From Patescibacteria group bacterium (GTDB taxonomy: Bacteria; Patescibacteriota; Patescibacteriia; Patescibacteriales; UBA12465): a DNA stretch of 61,178 bases. The translations under genes and the position numbers were made by a program. The notes beneath the pieces are model-generated. The model saw only the letters and a program-made list of their open reading frames with translations. It ran no database searches and had not been told where the DNA came from. The stretch lies in NCBI GenBank assembly GCA_023229115.1, contig JALNZW010000008.1:1-61178 (forward strand). The letters run 5' to 3'. Shown piece after piece: positions 35,529-44,564 of the stretch. Positions within the stretch are counted from its first letter, which is position 1. Each line of letters opens with the position of its first letter.

Positions 35529-37037
35529 TTAGAGATTTTTTATAATCTCTATTATTTTTTTAGGATTATATTTTCCTTTAGTTTTGGTCATTATTTGACC
35601 TATAAAATATTGCAAAATAGATTCTTTACCATTTTTGTAGTCTTCAAATTGTTCTTTGTTTTCACTAATTACTTCTTTTATTATATTTTCTAATTCAGGA
35701 GAATTTTCTTCATCCTTTTGTTCTAATCCCATTTCAGTCATGATATTGCTTGGATCTCCTCCTTTTTCAAAAATAATTTTTAATATTTTTTGGCCGGAAC
35801 TAGAATTTATTTTTTCTTGATAGATTAAAGAAATTAGTTCGGCAAAATTTTCAGCCGTAACTTTTAAATCTTTAATTTTACTTTTAGAATCTTTTAATAA
35901 TTTAAAAAGTTCGCTGGTTATCCAGTTAGCAGTCATTTTGGCTAGCTTTATTTCTTGATTTTCCCAAGATTGACCTAAGGATTTGGTCCATTCCTGAAGT
36001 TCAGAAATAACCATTTCAAACCAATTAGCCGTATCTTTGTCACTAATTAAAGTTTCGGCTATTTCTGGTGATATATTGTATTGCTCAATAAATCTTTCTC
36101 TCTTTTTGTGAGGTAATTCTCCAATTTTAGTTCTGATATTTTCAATATCTTCTTCGCTGGTTTTAATTGGCAATATGTCTGGTTCGGGGAAATAACGATA
36201 ATCAGCACTGCTTTCTTTTATTCTTTGACTAAAAGTTTCTCCAGTATTATCACTACAACCTCTGGTTTCTGGTAAAATTTCTCCACCTTTATCTAAAATT
36301 TCAGCCTGTCTTTTTATTTCAAAATTAATAGCTTTCTCTAAAGATTTGAAAGAGTTAATATTTTTTACTTCTACTTTTGAGTTTAGCTTCTGGCCATTTT
36401 TAGCAATTACTCCGCCTTTATTATCTCTAACCCATGATTCTTTTTTTTGTAAACTAATGTTAGCCTCACATCTCATCTCGCCCTTTTCCATATTGGCGTT
36501 ACTAATCTCTAAATATTGAAGGATTTGTTGGTATGTTTGGCAAAAAATTTTAGCGGTAATGGCATCTTTAATCACTGGCTCTGTTACTAGCTCAATTAAG
36601 GGCACTCCAGCTCGATTAAAGTCTATTAGGGTGTAATTCTTGCCAGTGGGATGATTTAATTTACCAGTGTCTTCTTCGAGATGAATTCTGGTTATTTCTA
36701 TTTTTTGCTTATTTGTTTCTAAATACCCGTGGTGAGCAAAAGGTAAATCGAACTGTGATATTTGATAACCTTTTGGTAAATCAGGATAGAAATAATTTTT
36801 CCTATCAAATTTACTAAGTTTATTTATTTCGCAATTCAAAGCTAGGCCCAAAAGAATTATTTTTTCAATCGCTTCTTTATTGGCTTTAGGCAATGTTCCG
36901 GGGTGAGCCAAGCAAACTGGACATACATTTTTGTTGGGCTCAGAATTAAAAGGGTCATTAGCGCAAGAGCAGAACATTTTGCTTTTAGTATTTACTTCGG
37001 CGTGTATTTCTAGACCAATTATAACGTCATATTCCAT
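35529..37037 (-). CDS. gatB: Asp/Glu-tRNA amidotransferase subunit B
   Basis: MEYDVIIGLEIHAEVNTKSKMFCSC..., 502 aa, with a GatB/YqeY C-terminal domain. Confidence 0.9.
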   Translation of the reverse strand: MEYDVIIGLEIHAEVNTKSKMFCSCANDPFNSEPNKNVCPVCLAHPGTLPKANKEAIEKIILLGLALNCEINKLSKFDRKNYFYPDLPKGYQISQFDLPFAHHGYLETNKQKIEITRIHLEEDTGKLNHPTGKNYTLIDFNRAGVPLIELVTEPVIKDAITAKIFCQTYQQILQYLEISNANMEKGEMRCEANISLQKKESWVRDNKGGVIAKNGQKLNSKVEVKNINSFKSLEKAINFEIKRQAEILDKGGEILPETRGCSDNTGETFSQRIKESSADYRYFPEPDILPIKTSEEDIENIRTKIGELPHKKRERFIEQYNISPEIAETLISDKDTANWFEMVISELQEWTKSLGQSWENQEIKLAKMTANWITSELFKLLKDSKSKIKDLKVTAENFAELISLIYQEKINSSSGQKILKIIFEKGGDPSNIMTEMGLEQKDEENSPELENIIKEVISENKEQFEDYKNGKESILQYFIGQIMTKTKGKYNPKKIIEIIKNL

Positions 37038-37039
37038 AT

Positions 37040-37558
37040 CTATATTTTGAACAATTTAGAAAGACCTTCAGAAAGAGGTTCATTTTCTTTTTCTAAATCT
37101 TCTTTTAAATATTTTAGTAAAAATTTTCTAATTTCAACTGGATCTTGATCTTCTAGGGGAATTGATAATCTGTGTTTTAGTGGATTTTTAAATTCTAAAA
37201 ATAATTTCTTTATTTTTTCTTGAGGTTTGTAGATTATATAAAAATTAGAAATTGATTGAAATTCATAGAAAGGTTCCCCTACAAAAAGTCCATCGTGTTG
37301 GATTTCTACCATAATTTTTTTAGGATTTTCTCCGTCGTAAAAAACTATTAAGGCGCTAGATAATATTATTATTAAAGCAAAGAAATAATTTTTATCGATA
37401 ATCGCCCAGATTATTAATAACAAAGCTACGATGGAGGCAATTATATACCATTTTTTATTTCTTTGATGCTTAACAAATTCATCTATTTGCCAAGCAGGAT
37501 AAAGATTTTCTTTTTCTATCTTTTTTGCCTGATTTTTATTTTTTTTGTTTTTAGACAT
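37040..37558 (-). CDS. Hypothetical membrane protein (2 TM plus soluble domain)
   Basis: ORF track, 172 aa. Confidence 0.5.
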   Translation of the reverse strand: MSKNKKNKNQAKKIEKENLYPAWQIDEFVKHQRNKKWYIIASIVALLLIIWAIIDKNYFFALIIILSSALIVFYDGENPKKIMVEIQHDGLFVGEPFYEFQSISNFYIIYKPQEKIKKLFLEFKNPLKHRLSIPLEDQDPVEIRKFLLKYLKEDLEKENEPLSEGLSKLFKI

Positions 37559-37665
37559 ATCGTTGACATTATTTGTTATATTTTATAATATGTCTATATT
37601 GTAGCATAATTTGTGCTGTATAACAATTTTTGTTTTACACATAATTTATTCAATAAATTCAAATT

Positions 37666-37752
37666 GGAGAGGTGGCTGAGCGGCTGAAAGCAGCATCCTG
37701 CTAAGATGTTAAGGGGGAAACCCCTTCAAGGGTTCGAATCCCTTCCTCTCCG
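37666..37752 (+). tRNA. tRNA-Ser (anticodon GCT), CCA not encoded
   Basis: Acceptor ggagagg/cctctcc, anticodon loop ctGCTaa, long variable arm aaggggg-aaa-cccctt, T-arm aaggg-ttcgaat-ccctt. Confidence 0.9.
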
Positions 37753-37758
37753 CGAACG

Positions 37759-37786
37759 AAAAAAGACGCCAAAATGGCGTCTTTTT
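37759..37786. terminator. Hairpin terminator after tRNA-Ser
   Basis: aaaaagacgcc-aaaat-ggcgtcttttt. Confidence 0.65.
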
Positions 37787-37794
37787 GAGTGAGT

Positions 37795-37962
37795 GGAGAG
37801 GCGGCAAGCCAACTGCTTGGCTTGCCGGGGATGAGAAAGCCGGAGCGATGTGCCGAAGTAAAACGTAGGCACCGCGAGGCGGGGTCGCGAGTTCTTAGTG
37901 AACGCAAATCGCGTAGCGATTAAGTGAACTTAGAAACTCGTGACCGAATCCCTTCCTCTCCG
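37795..37962 (+). ncRNA. G+C-rich structured element B with tRNA-Ser-like termini (candidate novel ncRNA)
   Basis: Starts with ggagagg and ends with cctctccg, which are the acceptor strands of the adjacent tRNA. Inside are a perfect 10-bp hairpin (37803-37826), gggat/atccc, gcg-gtgcc/ggcac-cgc, an 11-bp helix 37883-93/37934-45 with a G.U that is valid only on the plus strand, and aatcgc/gcgatt. Confidence 0.45.
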
Positions 37963-37967
37963 CGAAC
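37945..37967 (+). repeat. Exact 23-nt direct copy of the tRNA-Ser(GCT) 3' end and trailer (original at 37735-37757)
   Basis: cgaatcccttcctctccgcgaac occurs at both positions. Confidence 0.9.
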
Positions 37968-38008
37968 AAAAATGACCCAAATTTCTTTGGGTCATTTTTT
38001 GTTTGTTG
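37961..38008 (+). repeat. 48-nt repeat (cgcgaac plus terminator hairpin plus gtttgttg), left copy
   Basis: cgcgaacaaaaatgacccaaatttctttgggtcattttttgtttgttg. Matches 60851-60898 except for 2 loop positions. Confidence 0.9.
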
Positions 38009-38090
38009 ACAGCAGAGAAGGGATTCGAAAGACGGAAACGATGCTTGAACGAAGTAAACACTGCTGAGACTAAGCCAAGATGTTTGTTAA
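38009..38090 (+). other. Decayed, A+T-shifted partial copy of the G+C-rich element (B')
   Basis: gaagggattcgaaagacggaaacgatgcttgaacgaagtaaac aligns with C ggaggaattcgaaagccggaggcgatgtgcggagtgaaac, but the helices are no longer complementary. Confidence 0.4.
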
Positions 38091-38182
38091 CCGATTATTT
38101 AAACAGGATTATAAAAAATGATCAAGGATTAAAAAATAATCAATTTAACAAACTTAGGTCTGTTTTACTTTATAAATTAAAT

Positions 38183-38851
38183 TTATTCTGAGCTTATTAT
38201 ACCGTCTTTGAGCCAAATAACTCTATCAACATGTTTCTTGTCGTCTAATTCATGAGTCACCATTATGATAGTTTGTCCAATATCCTTATTAAGTTTTTTA
38301 AATAATTTTAAGATTGTTTCTGATGACTCGCTATCTAGATTTGCCGTTGGTTCATCAGCAAATAAAATAGCGGGGTCATTCACTAACGCCCTTGCTATAG
38401 CTACTCTTTGTTGCTCTCCTCCAGACATTTCTTTTGGTAGATGGTTTATGCGTTCACCAAGACCAACTTTCTCTAGCATTTTAGTAGCTTTTTTAATGTA
38501 TTCATTTCTACTAATACCCGAAAGCATAAGAGGCAAATAAACTGATTCCAAAGCTGTTAATTCTGGTAATAAAGCATAAGACTGGAAGACATAACCTAAT
38601 TTCTTTAAACGAAATTCGGTTTTTTGTTTTTCCGTAAAGCCTACCACATTTATTCCGTCTATAATTATTTCCCCAGAGCTGGGAGCATCTAAAAGACCAA
38701 GTTGGTGAAGAAGAGTAGACTTGCCAGAGCCACTACGCCCCATTAGAGCTACAAACTCTCCTTTTTTAATACCAAAACTAACATCTTTGAGGGCATGAGT
38801 TGGCACTTTTCCTTCGTAAGTTTTTTTTAATTTTTTTACTTCAATAATCAT
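38183..38851 (-). CDS. ABC transporter ATP-binding protein (MacB/LolD-type)
   Basis: GRSGSGKST, MSGGEQQR, ILFADEPT. Confidence 0.9.
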   Translation of the reverse strand: MIIEVKKLKKTYEGKVPTHALKDVSFGIKKGEFVALMGRSGSGKSTLLHQLGLLDAPSSGEIIIDGINVVGFTEKQKTEFRLKKLGYVFQSYALLPELTALESVYLPLMLSGISRNEYIKKATKMLEKVGLGERINHLPKEMSGGEQQRVAIARALVNDPAILFADEPTANLDSESSETILKLFKKLNKDIGQTIIMVTHELDDKKHVDRVIWLKDGIISSE

Positions 38852-38871
38852 TTATATTTTTATTATAAAAT

Positions 38872-40086
38872 TTAACCCCAAAGAGCATCTAAAATACTTT
38901 CTCTGGTACCTCTAAAAGCTGGAATAAAGCCACCTATTAAGGCTGCGACTATAAGACTAATATTACTTATTTTAATTATATTAAAAGTTATTTTCAGTGA
39001 TACCCAACCAACTGGAAAATCTAGTGGATTGTTTATAAAAAATGGTCTAACAATAAATAATATTATGCTAATTCCAATGATAATTCCAACAATAGCATAG
39101 AATATAGCTTGCATAACAAAGGATAATATTATAGTACTTTCTTTCATCCCAATGGCTTTTAGTATTCCTATTTGTCTTCTTTTATTTACAATACTGACAA
39201 AAATAATAATGAATATTGTTATTCCAGCTACAATTGTGCCAATAACTCCTAGTATAATGCTAATCATCGTAAAGCTTTTGCTAGCACTAGAAGTAAAACC
39301 TGTTAATTGCTCCCAAGTTTTTATATCTTCATTATAAAATCCTGATTGTCTTATTTGTTCTATGTATGTTTCTTCTTGACCTTTTTCATCAATTTTTATT
39401 ATTATTTCTGAAGCTAAATTATGAATGCGTAAAACTGACTCCATTTCTTTTGTAGTTATAAAAGCCATCTGGTCTGCTTGGCTATTTTTGGTAGAAAAAA
39501 TGCCTTTTATAGTGTAGGTTCTTCTAATGCCGTTGTTAAATTTAACCTCTATTTTATCATCGACATAGACGCCTCCTAAGCTAAGATGATCTAATTCTCC
39601 ACCATGTTTTCCAGCTATTTCTTTTCCTATAATTATTTTATCTCTATCATTAGGTTCTAAATATTCTCCTTCAATAATAGAATCACTAATTTGAGTAACT
39701 TTTTTTTCATCTTCTACGTTAACAGACTTTATTAGCCATTTTCCTTGTTGGATGTCGCGACCATCATTATTTTCATCATAACTAATTACAACATCATTTA
39801 CATAGTGAGCTGAAGCAGCAATTATGCCCGGTATTGAACTTATAGAGCTCATAGCATCTTTATTATTTATGTAAATTTCATCATCAGTTGGAGCTATAAC
39901 AATATTACCATATAAATTATTTATTGATTGTTCATTAATAGCCTCTACAATCCCACCAAAAATAGATGAAATAAAAATTAGGTTAACATAAGCTAATGTC
40001 ATAATTAATATTGTCATTGCTAGGGTGCCCTTACTGCCTCTGAAAATCGATGTTCGGGCTAGAAAAAAAGAAGCTTTAATATTCAT
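38872..40086 (-). CDS. ABC transporter permease, FtsX/MacB-like
   Basis: 404 aa. N-terminal TM, large extracytoplasmic domain, C-terminal 3-TM FtsX module. Confidence 0.8.
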   Translation of the reverse strand: MNIKASFFLARTSIFRGSKGTLAMTILIMTLAYVNLIFISSIFGGIVEAINEQSINNLYGNIVIAPTDDEIYINNKDAMSSISSIPGIIAASAHYVNDVVISYDENNDGRDIQQGKWLIKSVNVEDEKKVTQISDSIIEGEYLEPNDRDKIIIGKEIAGKHGGELDHLSLGGVYVDDKIEVKFNNGIRRTYTIKGIFSTKNSQADQMAFITTKEMESVLRIHNLASEIIIKIDEKGQEETYIEQIRQSGFYNEDIKTWEQLTGFTSSASKSFTMISIILGVIGTIVAGITIFIIIFVSIVNKRRQIGILKAIGMKESTIILSFVMQAIFYAIVGIIIGISIILFIVRPFFINNPLDFPVGWVSLKITFNIIKISNISLIVAALIGGFIPAFRGTRESILDALWG

Positions 40087-40088
40087 TA

Positions 40089-40508
40089 TTATTTATTATT
40101 AATTAATAAGGAGACTTTTTTTAAAATTGATATAAAATCTTGGCGCTCTTTTGTTGATAAAAGAGATAATTTTTTATGTAAATGGTTTCTTGATTTTGCA
40201 AAGCCTGCTTGTAATTCCTTTTTACCTTTGTTACTGATATTTAAGCGAATTATTCGTTTATCATTTTTGTCATAAACACGCTTAACTAAATTAAATTTTA
40301 TTAGATTATTTATTAAGAAGGTGGTTGACGGTGGGGTGATATTTAAATACTTAGCAACATCTTTCATGGTTGGATTTTTTTGACGTAAAATAAAAGATAG
40401 AGCTTGAAGCTGGATATAAGAGGGAAAACCTTTTTCGTTCTCTAGACCGTTTTTTGTTAATCTATTCATAGTAAATACCAGATCTACAAGTTTATCTATA
40501 TTAGTCAT
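40089..40508 (-). CDS. MarR-family transcriptional regulator
   Basis: 139 aa with a wHTH (MKDVAKYLNITPPSTTFLINNLIKFNLVKR), heading the ABC operon. Confidence 0.75.
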   Translation of the reverse strand: MTNIDKLVDLVFTMNRLTKNGLENEKGFPSYIQLQALSFILRQKNPTMKDVAKYLNITPPSTTFLINNLIKFNLVKRVYDKNDKRIIRLNISNKGKKELQAGFAKSRNHLHKKLSLLSTKERQDFISILKKVSLLINNK

Positions 40509-40719
40509 ATTGATTAAATAATAATTGTTAGATAATCTAAGTATATATTATTATTATAATAATATCAAATATATAGAAGATATTAGAGCCAGTATGAATA
40601 TCTTCAAATTTTCCTCTCTCCACTATAAAAATGTTTTAAAAAGAGTGTTTTTTTAGACAGTATTTATTGTTTTACAATAATTTATTATAATATAAACATA
40701 AGTATTTATAATAATAATT

Positions 40720-41205
40720 ATGCAAAAAAAGAGCGAGGAACTAATGTATCCAACAAAATTTGTTTGGTATAAATTAATTAAAATTTTTTTATTGGTATTG
40801 TTATTTTCATTGTTTTTTTGGGGTGATAATTGGTTTGGTTTTATATTGTTTTCTTCATTTTTTATAATAATTCCCTATTTTTTATATATTTATTTACATT
40901 ATGTTAATATTGTTTTTTCGTTTGATAATAATAAAATTATTAAAAGGTGGGGGATTATTACTAAGAAATCGAGTGTTGTACATTTTGATAAAATTCAAAA
41001 CATTGATTTAAAAAGTGGTCTATTGATGAGAGTTTTTAGTCTTTCTTCTATTAATATTTGGACAGCATCACAGTCTCAAATGTTTGTAAATAAAAAGGGT
41101 GTAATTATTAAACCTGAAATAAGTTTGTTTTTAGATAGCTTTGAGGCAGAGGAGTTGAGAGTTTTTATGATAGATAGGGAAAAAAGAAGTCAAAATAATA
41201 ATTAA
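40720..41205 (+). CDS. Membrane protein with a bacterial PH domain (YdbS/YdbT-like)
   Basis: 2 TM, then FDKIQNIDLKSGLLMRVFSLSSINIWTAS. Confidence 0.6.
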   Translation: MQKKSEELMYPTKFVWYKLIKIFLLVLLFSLFFWGDNWFGFILFSSFFIIIPYFLYIYLHYVNIVFSFDNNKIIKRWGIITKKSSVVHFDKIQNIDLKSGLLMRVFSLSSINIWTASQSQMFVNKKGVIIKPEISLFLDSFEAEELRVFMIDREKRSQNNN

Positions 41206-41214
41206 CATCATGAT

Positions 41215-41607
41215 ATGTCAAAAATAATTATTGCTTCAGGGCCTGTTATTGTAGAAAACAACAAGGTCTTGCTAAATAAACATGGAGATGATGAGTTTTG
41301 GAAATTTTGCGGAGGTAGAGTTGAAGAAAACGAAGTTAATTTAATGGAGGTTGCTAAAAGAGAGGTTAAAGAAGAAATGGGTTTAGAAATAGAGATAATG
41401 AATCATGATCCGTATTTTTTTTACACTGAAAAAGAGGTTGAGGGAACTAAGGTTAGTGTTATTCTTGTTCATTTTTTGGCTAAAAGAATAGGTGATATTA
41501 TTCCGGGCGATGATATTAGAGAGTGGCGCTGGATAGATATAGATGATTTAGATAAAGAAAATTTAGCTCCAAATATTAAACCAAGCTTAAAGTATTTTGG
41601 TTTTTAG
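41215..41607 (+). CDS. NUDIX hydrolase
   Basis: Nudix box GGRVEENEVNLMEVAKREVKEEMGL. Confidence 0.85.
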   Translation: MSKIIIASGPVIVENNKVLLNKHGDDEFWKFCGGRVEENEVNLMEVAKREVKEEMGLEIEIMNHDPYFFYTEKEVEGTKVSVILVHFLAKRIGDIIPGDDIREWRWIDIDDLDKENLAPNIKPSLKYFGF

Positions 41608-41661
41608 ATGATATGATTTTTATAAAAAATATAAAATTTTATTGTGTTTAGTTATAAATAT

Positions 41662-42444
41662 ATGATTGAAGTTAAGAATGTTAGTAAGAAATTTAAAGAC
41701 TTTTGTGCTGTTGATAATATTTCTTTTGATGTTAAGAAAGGGGAAATTTTTGCTTTTTTGGGACCCAATGGCGCTGGTAAGTCTACAACTATTAAGATGT
41801 TGACTACTCTTTTGAGGCCAAGTTCTGGAGAAATTTTTCTTGATGGAATAAGTCCGGTTAAAAACCCTAACGAAGCTCGATATTCTTTTGGTATTGTTTT
41901 CCAGGACCCTAGTCTTGATGACGATTTAACTGCTTGGGAAAATATCGATTTTCATGGAGTCCTTTATGGGGTTGATAAAGAAAATAGACAAAAGAGAGGT
42001 GAGCAATTATTAAAGTTAGTAGATTTATGGGAAAGAAGAAAAACTTTAGTGAAAAAATTTTCTGGAGGCATGAAAAGAAGATTGGAAATTGCTCGTGGTT
42101 TACTTCATCATCCTCAAATTCTTTTTTTAGACGAACCAACTTTGGGTCTTGATGCTCAGACTAGGAATTTAATGTGGTCTTATCTTAAAGAACTTAATAA
42201 AAACGAAAAAACAACAATCTTTTTTTCTACTCATTATTTAGATGAAGCAGAAAAAATTGCTGATAGAATAGCTATTATTGATCAAGGGAAGATAATTATA
42301 ATCGGCACTGCCGAAGAATTAAAAAATCAAACAGAAACCAGTTCTCTAGAGGAAGCATTTTTGAAATTAACAGGTAAAAAAATTAGAGAAGAAAACACTA
42401 GTTCTCTGGATAGAATGCGTTTTCATCGTAATTTAAGAAGGTAA
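41662..42444 (+). CDS. ABC-2 type exporter ATP-binding protein
   Basis: GPNGAGKST, FSGGMKRR, ILFLDEPT. The ATG at 41662 is preferred over the GTG at 41644. Confidence 0.9.
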   Translation: MIEVKNVSKKFKDFCAVDNISFDVKKGEIFAFLGPNGAGKSTTIKMLTTLLRPSSGEIFLDGISPVKNPNEARYSFGIVFQDPSLDDDLTAWENIDFHGVLYGVDKENRQKRGEQLLKLVDLWERRKTLVKKFSGGMKRRLEIARGLLHHPQILFLDEPTLGLDAQTRNLMWSYLKELNKNEKTTIFFSTHYLDEAEKIADRIAIIDQGKIIIIGTAEELKNQTETSSLEEAFLKLTGKKIREENTSSLDRMRFHRNLRR

Positions 42445-42457
42445 TTATTATAATTTT

Positions 42458-43204
42458 ATGCAAAAACTTTATATATTTTGGTTAAGACAAATAAAAAAAT
42501 ATTATCGCTCTAAATCAAGGCTTCTTGGTTCTTTGGGACAGCCAGTACTTTTTTTATTGTCTCTTGGTTACGGCTTTGGTTCGGTTTTCCAGCAGGCTGG
42601 ACAAGGCAGTTATTTAAATTTTTTAGCCCCAGGAATAATTTCTATGAGTATAATATTTACTGCTATTTTTTCTGGTATTGAGGTTATTTGGGATCGAAAG
42701 TTTGGGTTTTTGAAGGAAACTTTAGCTGCTCCAGTATCAAGATTAACTATTATGATTGGCCGTACTTTAGGTGGAGCCACTGTTGCCACTTTTCAAGGAA
42801 TTTTAGTTTTAATTATTTCTTTATTTTTTGGTCTTAAAATATCAAATTGGCAAACAATTATTCCCGCAATTTTAGTGATGTTTTTAATTGCCTTATTGTT
42901 TACTTCTTTAGGCACTTTAATTGCTTCTTTATTGGAAGATATGCAAGGGTTTCAGTTGATTATGAATTTTTTAATTATGCCACTTTTCTTTTTGTCCGGT
43001 GCTTTATACCCCTTGGATGGTTTGCCCAGTTTTCTAACTTTTATCACTAAAATAAATCCTTTGTCTTATGGAGTAGATGCACTTCGAATATTGTTGATAA
43101 ATAGCGGTCATTTTTCTTTAAGTTTAAATATTTTAGTTCTCGGTTCATTTACGGCCGGTCTTTTGTTTTTAGGGGCTTATTTTTTTAAGAAAATTCAAAT
43201 TTAA
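42458..43204 (+). CDS. ABC-2 type exporter permease
   Basis: 248 aa, 6 TM, adjacent to the ATPase. Confidence 0.8.
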   Translation: MQKLYIFWLRQIKKYYRSKSRLLGSLGQPVLFLLSLGYGFGSVFQQAGQGSYLNFLAPGIISMSIIFTAIFSGIEVIWDRKFGFLKETLAAPVSRLTIMIGRTLGGATVATFQGILVLIISLFFGLKISNWQTIIPAILVMFLIALLFTSLGTLIASLLEDMQGFQLIMNFLIMPLFFLSGALYPLDGLPSFLTFITKINPLSYGVDALRILLINSGHFSLSLNILVLGSFTAGLLFLGAYFFKKIQI

Positions 43205-43345
43205 TATTAATTAAATTTTTTATATAAAGTTCAAATTATATAGAGTTTAAAAGTATTTGATATTTTAGTTATTGACTTTTGATTTTATATATAATAGTAT
43301 TTTTAGTTGTTCTTTAAAAAGTATTCAAATTTAAATATACCGATT

Positions 43346-43819
43346 ATGAAAAAGAAAATTGTATTAGATTTTTATTCTAATCCAGCTGATTTATGGATTG
43401 CCTATATTGATTATCTTTCCGATTATTTTGAAAGGAAAATGAAGGGAATAGCTCTTGTTCATTGTGAGATTAACTCAATAAAGGATTCCGGAGTGATAAA
43501 TATTGGAGAAATCGACCATATAGTTTTATCTGATGGATTAGCAGAGGAGATATCTAAAAAGATTTTTATTAGTTTCAATGTTTTTTCAAGTTTAAGTGGA
43601 GAAAGATCAAAGATTCAATTTGAGTTTTTGTCTGGTTTAGTAGATGATGAAAACTTTGAATTTATTGAAGTTTCAAAGATTTTTTTTGATCCTAAAATTT
43701 TATTTGACCCTAAACTTATTACTCAGTTCAAAAAATTTTTAAATTTTGACAAATCAAGTAATGGATTAGAGCCTCGTTATTTTTCTGGTCATAAATTAGC
43801 TTATCTTCCTTATTTTTAG
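43346..43819 (+). CDS. Hypothetical protein
   Basis: ORF track 43307..43819; the ATG at 43346 is preferred. A terminator hairpin lies at 43826-43844. Confidence 0.45.
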   Translation: MKKKIVLDFYSNPADLWIAYIDYLSDYFERKMKGIALVHCEINSIKDSGVINIGEIDHIVLSDGLAEEISKKIFISFNVFSSLSGERSKIQFEFLSGLVDDENFEFIEVSKIFFDPKILFDPKLITQFKKFLNFDKSSNGLEPRYFSGHKLAYLPYF

Positions 43820-43932
43820 ATTATAAAGAACCTATTGGGTTCTTTTTATTTTTATTAAGAAATATTTTATTTGACAAAAAGATATAAATATGATATACTA
43901 TAATCAGTGTTTAAAAATTAATTTATAAAAAT

Positions 43933-44478
43933 ATGAACAATTTTGAACAAATAAATTTAGCAGTTAAGCCTGATAAAAACAAAGATTTTTTAAATAAATT
44001 AAACAGAGAGGTGGCTGATTTTATCTCTACTAAAACAAACTCAATCGTTAATGCTATCAAGGATTCTAGTTTTAATTTAAATAATCCCAGTATTAGTAAA
44101 AAAATTTCTAAACTAAAAGAAAATATTATTGAAAAATTCTTTTCAAATGATAATTTTGCTGACTTTGATTTTCAAGATAATTTAGAGCGAAGAATTTTAA
44201 AAACATCATTAGAAGAACTTGCTGAGAATGAATTGGGTGGTTCTTTGGGTTTTTATGAAGGCTTAGAAAATAATTATTTAGATATTTTAAGTAGAGAGGC
44301 TTCATTTTTGATTAACAATGACCCTAATTTTAATAATTTTTATGATTTATCTGTTTATATAAAAGATTTATGTGATCGTTTAAATAAAAAAAATATTTTA
44401 GATAAAAATAAAAAAGGACAATTATTTGATAAAATAAAAAATTTAATTAAAGAAGAAGAACTAAAGAGTGTTGCTTAA
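43933..44478 (+). CDS. Hypothetical protein
   Basis: ORF track, 181 aa, N/K/D-rich. Confidence 0.45.
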   Translation: MNNFEQINLAVKPDKNKDFLNKLNREVADFISTKTNSIVNAIKDSSFNLNNPSISKKISKLKENIIEKFFSNDNFADFDFQDNLERRILKTSLEELAENELGGSLGFYEGLENNYLDILSREASFLINNDPNFNNFYDLSVYIKDLCDRLNKKNILDKNKKGQLFDKIKNLIKEEELKSVA

Positions 44479-44564
44479 TTAAAATAGAAAATTAAAAAAA
44501 GATTTAATTTTGTAATTAGGTCTTTTTTTGTTTATAATCTATATATAATAATTAGTTTGTAAAA

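Noticed and set aside
37827-37953. Possibility that elements B and C are a known housekeeping RNA (5S rRNA, tmRNA, RNase P RNA or SRP RNA)
   Set aside because: Some short strings are reminiscent: gccgaagt.aaacg of 5S loop C, ggaattcgaaagccgg of tmRNA/RNase P 5' regions, and ccaggtcag of SRP. The core is about 120 nt with a three-way junction. However, the 5S loop E and helix IV hairpin are missing. There is no tag ORF or alanine-type acceptor for tmRNA. There is no P4 3' strand and the length is too short for RNase P. There is no GGAA-capped domain IV for SRP. The copies are also too divergent to be paralogous rRNA genes. A cmscan run is still required.
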